This document shows positions 10,031-17,500 of a DNA stretch of 33,235 bases, piece after piece. Below the pieces are notes generated by a model. It saw nothing but the letters and a program-made list of their open reading frames with translations, was not told where the DNA came from and did no database searches. Source of the DNA: Candidatus Omnitrophota bacterium (GTDB lineage Bacteria > Omnitrophota > Gorgyraeia > Gygaellales > Profunditerraquicolaceae); NCBI GenBank assembly GCA_020063525.1, contig JAGUUJ010000035.1, forward strand, positions 1 to 33,235. Direction: 5' to 3'. Every line of letters starts with the position of its first letter. Position 1 is the stretch's first letter. Position numbers and translations under genes: made by a program.

Positions 10031-10054
10031 ATACTTTATATTAAGGTGCGGGGT
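10006..10054 (+). terminator. 15-bp perfect hairpin after the CNNM gene (terminator-like; family 2-related junction hairpin)
   Basis: accccgcaccttaat (10006-10020) pairs with attaaggtgcggggt (10040-10054) around a 19-nt loop. It is followed by TTTAATT, which is a poor U-tract. Confidence 0.55.
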
Positions 10055-10129
10055 TTAATTCGCGCAAATAACTTACGTTGCACTTAAAGTGCTTCCGTAA
10101 GTTATGCGCTCATTAAAGGAGGATAAGAA

Positions 10130-10279
10130 ATGGCAGAAAAGGGATACTGTGTGAAGTGCAAAAAGTCCAGAGAAATGAAGGATGAGCAGAAAGTTACGAT
10201 GAAAAACGGCCGTTTAGCAGCAAAAGGAAAATGTCCTGAGTGCGGCACAGGGATGTATAGGATCTTAGGAAAGAAATAA
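10130..10279 (+). CDS. 49-aa Lys-rich zinc-ribbon protein (DUF5679-like), not in the ORF track
   Basis: Hand translation: MAEKGYCVKCKKSREMKDEQKVTMKNGRLAAKGKCPECGTGMYRILGKK. Two CxxC pairs. Strong Shine-Dalgarno AAAGGAGGA 7 nt upstream of the ATG. Own promoter upstream. Confidence 0.7.
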   Translation: MAEKGYCVKCKKSREMKDEQKVTMKNGRLAAKGKCPECGTGMYRILGKK

Positions 10280-10398
10280 TCACTTAAGACACCGAATTTT
10301 ACTGAATCAAAAGGAATAATTTTCAGTATTCGGGTAACGGCGTTTTTTAAGATTATTATATATAGCGTCTGGGTGATTGCTAAGGAGGTAGAGAAGTA

Positions 10399-10758
10399 AT
10401 AGAGCCAGAAAAATTAGCACTGCGTATTGCGGCGATTGCTAAATCTAAAAAAGCTAAGCGCGTAATTGTCTTAGATATGCGAAGCGTCTGTAGCTTTTGC
10501 GATTATTTTGTTATCCTAAGCGGCGCTTCCCTAAGACAGGTAAATGCAACTGCGCAAGCTATAAGCGAAGATTTAGCCAAAGATAGAATAAAATCTCTCT
10601 CTAAGGGTACTGCCAACGATGAATCAGGCTGGATAGTCTTAGACTTTTCAGCCGTTGTGGCGCATATCTTTAATGAACCGATGAGAGAGTTTTATTCTTT
10701 AGAGCGATTGTGGTCCGATGCCAAAAGGGTAAGAATTCCCAGAAGCCAAGGAAAGTAA
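10399..10758 (+). CDS. rsfS: ribosomal silencing factor RsfS (start codon uncertain, probably non-AUG)
   Basis: VLDMRSVCSFCDYFVILSGASLRQVNATAQAI and WIVLDFSAVVAHIF...YSLERLW match the RsfS/iojap pattern. The frame is open back to stop TAA 10381-10383. It encodes family-like sequence (EKLALRIAAIAKSKKAKRVIVLD) upstream of the first ATG at 10477. AAGGAGG lies at 10382-10388. Confidence 0.65.
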   Translation: MEPEKLALRIAAIAKSKKAKRVIVLDMRSVCSFCDYFVILSGASLRQVNATAQAISEDLAKDRIKSLSKGTANDESGWIVLDFSAVVAHIFNEPMREFYSLERLWSDAKRVRIPRSQGK

Positions 10759-10832
10759 TTTTAGTCCCCCTTCTTTTCTATATTTTCCTCTCACGAATTA
10801 CTCATTCGCCAATCCATGCATTCTAAAATAAG

Positions 10833-12473
10833 ATGAGAAAAGGTATCCAGGGATTACTGATACCGATAATAAAAAATTCATTAAAAGATCTGAATCTGTA
10901 TAAGGCTTACGATGAATTCTTATATTTGGACTTTCCTCAAGATAATAGGTTTGGCGACCTTTCGACTAATATCGCTCTTAGATTAAGTAAAGCGACAGCT
11001 AAATCTCCTTATGAAATTGCCACTGTCCTGACAGATAATATAAAGAAATATTTAGAAAAGAGTATCTTAAGAAATTATATAAAGGAAGTCAGGGCTGAAG
11101 GTGCAGGATTTATTAATTTTTATTTAAGCAATAATTATTTTTATGAACAGTTACACAACGTCATCTCAAAAGGCGAGAATTTTATAAGGGCGAATGTCGG
11201 TAAGGGCAGGCGTGTGCTTATTGAGTTTGTGAGCGCGAATCCTACCGGCCCTTTATCTGTGGCACATGCCAGACAGGCAGCCGCCGGGGATGTATTGGCA
11301 AATATATTGGATTGTTTAGGGTTTCGTGTCAGAAGAGAATATTATCTTAATGATGAGGGTAACCAAATAAATATATTAGGTAAGTCTATAGAGTTAAGGC
11401 TAAAGGAATTATCCGGTGAAAGAGTAGAATTCCCCGAAGACCATTATCAGGGAGAATATATCTATGATATAGCCAGGGTAATCAAAGACCAAGGATTAAA
11501 GGTCAAAGATTTTTCAGGCTACGGCGTAAAGTATATATTAAATATAATAAAAAATGAACTCAACGATTTTGGGGTGAGGTTTGATTATTGGTATAGTCAA
11601 AAGAAATTGAGAGAGAGCGGAAAGATAAATAGGGCATTAGATTTCTTAAAGAAAAAAAGTTTCATATATGAACAGGACGGCGCCCTATGGTTTAAGTCAA
11701 CACTGTTTGGAGACGACAAGGACAGGGTAGTTGTAAAAAGCGATGGAACTTATACGTATTTAGCGCCTGATATTGCCTACCATCAGGACAAATTTAAGCG
11801 CGGATTTAGTTGGTTGATAAATTTCTGGGGGCCTGACCACCACGGTTACATAAACAGGCTTAAGGCAGCAGTTGTGGCACTGGGTAAAAATCCCGATTCC
11901 TTGTCGATAATTATCGTGCAATTAGCCTCTATATTTAGAGAAGGCAAGCCAATACAGATGTCCACGCGCCGCGGCCAATACATCACTTTACGGGAAGTGC
12001 TCGATGAAGTAGGCCTTGATGCCTCAAGATTCTTTTTCCTCATGCGCCGCACAGCGAGCCACTTAGATTTCGATTTAGGTATTGCTAAAAAACAGACATC
12101 AGAAAACCCGGTTTATTATGTACAATATGCCCATACCAGGATCTGCAGTATTTTACAAAATAGCTCCATAAAAGCTAGATTTAAAGATACAGATTTGACT
12201 GTATTAAAAGAAAAAGAAGAGATAGAGTTGATAAAAAAGTTATGTCAATTTTCTTATATATTAAATATCTGTTTTACTACCTTAGATCCATACATGCTGA
12301 CTGTTTATTTGCAGGAACTTGCCGAAAATTTCCATAAGTTCTACGATAAACACCGCGTATTAGGCCAAGACGATAAGTTAACTAAAGCACGATTAGCCCT
12401 GATTGAAGGGGCAAGGCTGGCTATATCTTCGGGGCTGGATTTACTTGGCGTATCAAGGCCGGAAAAGATGTAA
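10833..12473 (+). CDS. argS: arginine--tRNA ligase
   Basis: 546 aa. Class-I HIGH-region variant SANPTGPLSVAHAR, QMSTRRG (KMSKS equivalent), C-terminal anticodon-binding DALR-type region. Confidence 0.95.
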   Translation: MRKGIQGLLIPIIKNSLKDLNLYKAYDEFLYLDFPQDNRFGDLSTNIALRLSKATAKSPYEIATVLTDNIKKYLEKSILRNYIKEVRAEGAGFINFYLSNNYFYEQLHNVISKGENFIRANVGKGRRVLIEFVSANPTGPLSVAHARQAAAGDVLANILDCLGFRVRREYYLNDEGNQINILGKSIELRLKELSGERVEFPEDHYQGEYIYDIARVIKDQGLKVKDFSGYGVKYILNIIKNELNDFGVRFDYWYSQKKLRESGKINRALDFLKKKSFIYEQDGALWFKSTLFGDDKDRVVVKSDGTYTYLAPDIAYHQDKFKRGFSWLINFWGPDHHGYINRLKAAVVALGKNPDSLSIIIVQLASIFREGKPIQMSTRRGQYITLREVLDEVGLDASRFFFLMRRTASHLDFDLGIAKKQTSENPVYYVQYAHTRICSILQNSSIKARFKDTDLTVLKEKEEIELIKKLCQFSYILNICFTTLDPYMLTVYLQELAENFHKFYDKHRVLGQDDKLTKARLALIEGARLAISSGLDLLGVSRPEKM

Positions 12474-12481
12474 ATTAAAAA

Positions 12482-14173
12482 TTGCGAAGCCACAAAATAT
12501 TAAAGATTGCCTCTCCCGATACCCACCTGCAAAATACTTTAAGCAGAGAATTAGGTATTTCTAAGATCCTTTCCCAGATATTAATAAACCGTGGTATCAA
12601 AAATGTCGAAGAAGCAGAAAAATTCTTGAATGCAAGCCCGGACCATCTTTTAGACCCTTATTTATTTTCGGATATGCAAAATGTCGTCAATCTTATCAAA
12701 AGGGCAGCTAAAAATAAAAAGAGGGTAATGATTTTTGGTGATTATGATGTGGACGGTTTGACTGCGCTTGCCTTGTTAAAGGAGGCGCTTTCTAAAATAG
12801 GCCTGGAAACAACTCACTATATCCCGCATAGAATAAAGGAGGGTTACGGGTTAAACAAAGATGCCATTCATTTTGCCAGACAAAAAGGTGTTGCGCTCTT
12901 GATCACCGTAGATTGCGGAACGAATAATAATGAAGAGATACAGGAATTAAGACGACACAATATAGATGTAATAGTAACCGACCATCATGAACCCGTAAAT
13001 CACGATGTTGCACTTTGTGCATCGGCAATTATAAATCCTAAAATAAAGGAGAGCCGTTACAAATACAGAGATTTAGCCGGAGTGGGCGTCGCTTATAAAC
13101 TTTGCCAGGCTATCACAGGCAAGAAGTTGCTTGAGGATTTAGATTTGGTTGCTTTAGGCACAATTGCAGATGTTGTTCCGTTGACCGGCGAAAATCGCGT
13201 GATTGTTAAGGAGGGCTTAATAAAACTCGCACACACTAAACGGCCGGGGCTTAAGGCGCTTATAGAAACCAGCCGCATCAAAGGCAAAAAGATTACCCCC
13301 AGTTTTGTAAGTTTTATACTCGGCCCCCGTATTAATGCCAGCGGCCGTATGGATACCGCTGAAATTGCCTTAAATTTACTTATGAGTGAGAGCGATGACG
13401 AGGCAGGTAAACTTGCCAGGACTATAGAAATGTTTAATCGGCAGCGCCAGAAGATAGAAGATAAAATCTTAGAAGAAGCACACGATTTAATTGACCGGGA
13501 GATTAATTTTAAGGAACACAAAATTATTGTTATCGCTAAAGAAAATTGGCATCAGGGTGTTTTGGGGATAGTAGCTTCCAAACTTGCAGATAAATTTTAT
13601 AGGCCCACTATTGTTATATCTAAAATGGGTACTTTATGTAAAGGCTCCGGCCGTTCTATAAAGAACTTTCATTTGTTCCAGGCACTCCTGGAATGCAAAG
13701 ATTTCTTAAAGACATTCGGCGGACATAGCCATGCCGTTGGTCTTATTATAACCAGCGATAATATAGAAGCCTTTAGGAATAAAATTAACCGTTTGGCGAA
13801 AGAAAAATTACTTTTAGAAGATTTACTTCCCAGTCTTGATATAGATACGGAGTTATCCCTGTCAGACCTCAATCAGGAAATTATAACTGAGTTTGAGGGC
13901 TTAGAGCCTTTTGGCACAGGTAACCCTGAGCCGTTATTTTATACCAGGAATCTTAAGGTAAGAGGTGAACCGCAGGTTTTAGGCAGGGAAACATTGAAAT
14001 TCTGGGTTACCGACGGTCGTATTACCTCTGCGGCAATAGGATTCGGGATGGCTAGTTTTAAAGATAGCATAACTTGCGCAGATAGTTTTGATTTGGTATA
14101 TACTCCCAGAATTGACGATTGGCAGGGGAGGGAGAGCGTTTTATTAGAAGGTAAGGATATATTTTTCAGATAA
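12482..14173 (+). CDS. recJ: single-stranded-DNA-specific exonuclease RecJ
   Basis: 563 aa. DHH-family motifs GDYDVDG, TVDCG, VTDHHEP and DHHA1 FGGHSHAVG. TTG start as listed in the ORF track. Confidence 0.9.
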   Translation: MRSHKILKIASPDTHLQNTLSRELGISKILSQILINRGIKNVEEAEKFLNASPDHLLDPYLFSDMQNVVNLIKRAAKNKKRVMIFGDYDVDGLTALALLKEALSKIGLETTHYIPHRIKEGYGLNKDAIHFARQKGVALLITVDCGTNNNEEIQELRRHNIDVIVTDHHEPVNHDVALCASAIINPKIKESRYKYRDLAGVGVAYKLCQAITGKKLLEDLDLVALGTIADVVPLTGENRVIVKEGLIKLAHTKRPGLKALIETSRIKGKKITPSFVSFILGPRINASGRMDTAEIALNLLMSESDDEAGKLARTIEMFNRQRQKIEDKILEEAHDLIDREINFKEHKIIVIAKENWHQGVLGIVASKLADKFYRPTIVISKMGTLCKGSGRSIKNFHLFQALLECKDFLKTFGGHSHAVGLIITSDNIEAFRNKINRLAKEKLLLEDLLPSLDIDTELSLSDLNQEIITEFEGLEPFGTGNPEPLFYTRNLKVRGEPQVLGRETLKFWVTDGRITSAAIGFGMASFKDSITCADSFDLVYTPRIDDWQGRESVLLEGKDIFFR

Positions 14174-14178
14174 AAGAC

Positions 14179-14406
14179 TTAGACTTTTTTTACCCGGCCT
14201 TTTTTGATACATTTTGTGCAGACGTATACTTTTTCAGGCCGGTTATTTATCAAGATACGAATTTTTTGAAGGTTAGGAAGGAAGGTGCGAGCGGTTGAGC
14301 GGGTTACTTTTTTGCCTGTCCCGCCTTTCTTTTTAGCGAGGCCTTTTCGCACAATGCTTTTTCCTGCGACTTGCGTCTTCCCGCATATAGCGCACATTTT
14401 TAACAT
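14179..14406 (-). CDS. rpmB: 50S ribosomal protein L28 (Cys-containing form)
   Basis: 75 aa. MCAICGK...TFLPNLQKIRILINNRPEKVYVCTKCIKKGRV resembles Bacillus-type L28. GGAG lies 9 nt upstream of the ATG. Confidence 0.9.
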   Translation of the reverse strand: MLKMCAICGKTQVAGKSIVRKGLAKKKGGTGKKVTRSTARTFLPNLQKIRILINNRPEKVYVCTKCIKKGRVKKV

Positions 14407-14435
14407 AATCTTATGCTCCAGTTTAATAGAGTTAA

Positions 14436-14463
14436 AGTATACTTAAAAATAAAATATTGTCAA
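14436..14463 (-). promoter_or_regulatory. sigma70-type promoter for rpmB (TTGACA-16-TATACT on the minus strand)
   Basis: Reverse complement reads TTGACA (14463-14458), 16-nt spacer, TATACT (14441-14436). The -35 overlaps the left arm of the 14460-14495 palindrome. Confidence 0.5.
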
Positions 14464-14520
14464 CAAAAAGTTTTATTAATGAAACTTTTTGTTGATTCTG
14501 TAGCAGTGTGCTACAGAATC
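14460..14520. promoter_or_regulatory. two adjacent perfect palindromes in the rpmB/helicase divergent region (candidate operators or leader hairpins)
   Basis: First: tcaacaaaaagttt (14460-14473) with aaactttttgttga (14482-14495), 14 bp, 8-nt loop. Second: gattctgtagca (14494-14505) with tgctacagaatc (14509-14520), 12 bp, 3-nt loop. Confidence 0.6.
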
Positions 14521-14557
14521 TAGATAAAATGTATATGAGCATAAAAATGTATGAGCT

Positions 14558-17500
14558 ATGCACAAAATTCTTGAGGGTTTGAACAAGGAACAAATAGAGG
14601 CAGTTACGTATACATCCGGCCCGCTACTTATTATTGCAGGTGCAGGCACTGGCAAGACCACAGCTATTACACGTAGAATAGCCTGGCTTTTATCCGAGGG
14701 ATTGGCTAAGACTGGTGAGATTCTGGCACTTACCTTTACAGATAAAGCAGCAGGGGAAATGCAGGAACGCGTAGATATCCTCGTGCCTTACGGCTATACT
14801 GACATTTGGATTTCTACATTCCATGCTTTTGGTGATAGATTGTTACGCGAAAATGCGCTGGTTGCTGGCCTTAATCCGGATTTTAAGGTTTTAACACGTC
14901 CTGAGGCAGCGGTATTTTTTCGTGAGCATCTCTTTGAGTTTGTCCTTTCGTACTACAGGCCCTTATCTGACCCTACGCGTTTTATTGAAGCATTGATATC
15001 CTTATTCAGCCGCGCTAAAGATGAGGATGTATCACCTCAAGAATACCTCAACTATGCGCAGGAGCTTGTAGCAAAGGCAGAACAGGACCCCCAAAATTTG
15101 TCCTTAAAAGAAGAAGCTCGGCAGCAGATGGAGGTTGCGTGTGCCTATGACCGATATCAGGAATTACTTGCTAAGGAAGGGCTCGTGGATTTTGGTAACC
15201 AGTTTTATTTGGCACTGAGACTTTTAAGGGAGCACCCTTTAATTTTAAAAAAATACCAGGAGCAATTTAAATATATTTTAGTCGACGAATTTCAGGATAC
15301 CAACTTTGCTCAATACCAGCTGGCCAAGATTTTAGCGGGGGGCCTTCAAAATATTACGGTAACAGGAGACGATGACCAGTGCGTGCTAAGGGGGAGCTTA
15401 ATTTCTGCTCCAGGTGGCAATAAGAAGATAGAAGCTGTGAGAAGCGGCGATTTCATTTTTACGGCGGTAGGGAAAGGCCATATTGGCACGTCTCGGGTAA
15501 AGAGGGTATTTAAGAAGAAAAAAAACGCAAGATTAATGACTTTTGAGACGGAGCGAGGGTTTAGGGTTACTGTTACTTCAAACCATAAAATGTTTTGCCA
15601 TGTTCCGGTTTGGGCCGGTGACAAAAAGACAGGGTTTTATTATGTGTATTTGATGTGGAGAAAAGGCCTGGGATGGAGGCTGGGGGTTACGAATCACTTG
15701 GCAGCAAGGCTGAAATTAGAACGCTCTGCGGATAAGATAATAGGGTTGCGCGCTTTTAAAACCGAACGGGAGGCGCAATATTATGAAACCCGCCTTTCTT
15801 TAAAATACGGCATACCCACTGTTTGTTTTATGAAGCGAAAAGGTATCTATATAGCGGATGAGTGGTTAAAAAAACTTTATCTTGAACTCGATACTGAAAA
15901 AAGAGTTAGACAGTTAGCTGCAGATTTGGATATTGATTTAGATTACCATCATTTCTGTCTTGGGGCAGTTGCCAGGGGTAAAAAAAATAGAATTAAGATA
16001 AATCTTTGCTTCTGTTACCGAAAGCATGTATCCAAAGGGAGAGTAGGCAAGGTATTGATAAATCCTTCTATTATGCATCAGGTTAGTTTAGAAACGTCTG
16101 ATAAAGAAACGATAGATAAGTTAAGAAAGGCCGGGTTTAATTTAGCAAAGGCGAAAAAGGGTTTTAGGTTAAGATATGAGCTTGCGGACATTAAAAAAAC
16201 AGAAGATATTGCCCTTAAACTGAAAGAACTCACTGGAGGTATTTTAGAATATAAATTTAATCTGGGGAAGAGGAATATTGTTACTTTGCCGGCTCTTGTA
16301 ATGCCTGCTTCAAATGTATTATTGGGCCATTATCTTCCGGTAACAAGCGACAACAGTGTTATATACGATAAGGTAATCAATATTAAAGAAGAGATAGCCG
16401 TAAAAACGGTCTATGATTTAGAAGTTGAGCGGACGCATAATTTTATTGCTAACGGAATCATCGTCCATAATTGTATATATCGTTTTCGCGGTGCTGCCTA
16501 TTCCAATCTTTTAAATTTTATAAATGATTTTCCCGATGCTAAAGAGATAAGCATTGTTCGGAATTATCGTTCTTCTCAGGTAATTTTAGATAGTGCCTAT
16601 CGGCTTATACAAAATAATAATCCTGAGCGTTTTGAGGTGAAGGCAAATATTGATAAGCGCCTCATCGGTTTAACTAAAGAAGGCAGTCCGGTCCAGCACT
16701 TACATTTTGATACGAATTCTACCGAAGCGGATAATGTAGCTAAGATAATAAAAGATAGAATAGGGACAGGTAATTTTAAGTATCGCGATTTCGCAATTCT
16801 CGTACGCTCCAATTCCGATGCCCAAAGTTTTTTGCAGGCATTGAATATGCAGGATATGCCTTGGCAGTTCAGCGGTAACCAGGGGCTTTATTCGCGGGAA
16901 GAAGTCAAATTATGCATAAATTTCTTGCGCGTCGTAGCTAATCCTTCTGACTCTCTTAGTTTATATTATCTGGTGAGTTCCGAGGTCTACTCTTTGGATC
17001 TTTCTGATTTAGGCCTGTGTGCACATTATGCAAAGCGTAGAAATAAAGCGCTGTATTTAGTATTTGGCGAACTGGATAATATACCGGAATTAAAAGATAT
17101 AAGCGATAAATCAAAGAGTAAAATAGAAAATATTTTAGCTGACCTTAAAAAATTCCTGAAGATTTCCCGCGAACAGACTACCGGAAGATTGCTCTATAGT
17201 TTTTTGACCGAAACAGGTTTTTTGAAGAGACTGACCCAGAATCCCAGCTTGGAAAACGAAACCAAGATTCAAAATCTCGCAAAATTCTTCAATATTGTGC
17301 GGGATTTTGAGTTAGTAGCCCAGGAAGACCGCGTTATGAGTTTCGTGAATTATCTTAATCTTCTCATCGAGGCAGGCGATGATCCGCCTACAGTCGAGGC
17401 AGACAAGGATTACGATGCAGTAAATGTACTCACGATCCATAAAGCAAAAGGATTGGAATTTCGGGTAGTATTTCTCGTTAGTTTAGTAGAAGGCCGTTTC

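Noticed and set aside
10292-10348. Possible terminator after the zinc-ribbon ORF (ccgaa-ttt-tactgaa...ttcagta-ttcgg, then a T6 run).
   Set aside because: The stem is interrupted by a bulge and the T-run starts about 10 nt after the stem. It may attenuate transcription but is not a confident intrinsic terminator.
14455-14530. LexA/SOS box upstream of the UvrD-like helicase.
   Set aside because: Neither palindrome matches the CTGT-N8-ACAG or CGAAC-N4-GTTCG consensus. An SOS link cannot be claimed from the sequence.
14520-14575. Small upstream ORF (MYMSIKMYELCTKFLRV) overlapping the helicase start.
   Set aside because: It has no Shine-Dalgarno, arises from an AT-rich tandem repeat, and nothing supports translation. 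It is reported only as part of the repeat observation.
15914-15940. LAADLDIDL in the intein as a possible LAGLIDADG motif.
   Set aside because: Only 4 of 9 positions match. The Gly residues are missing, and no second motif lies about 100 aa downstream. This is not enough to call a LAGLIDADG endonuclease.
15965-16080. Cys/His-rich stretch in the intein (YHHFC...CFCYRKH...N...H) as a possible HNH nuclease or zinc finger.
   Set aside because: The spacing does not fit the HNH core convincingly (H-x12-N-x5-H, without the usual flanking CxxC pairs). It is left as unresolved rather than called.
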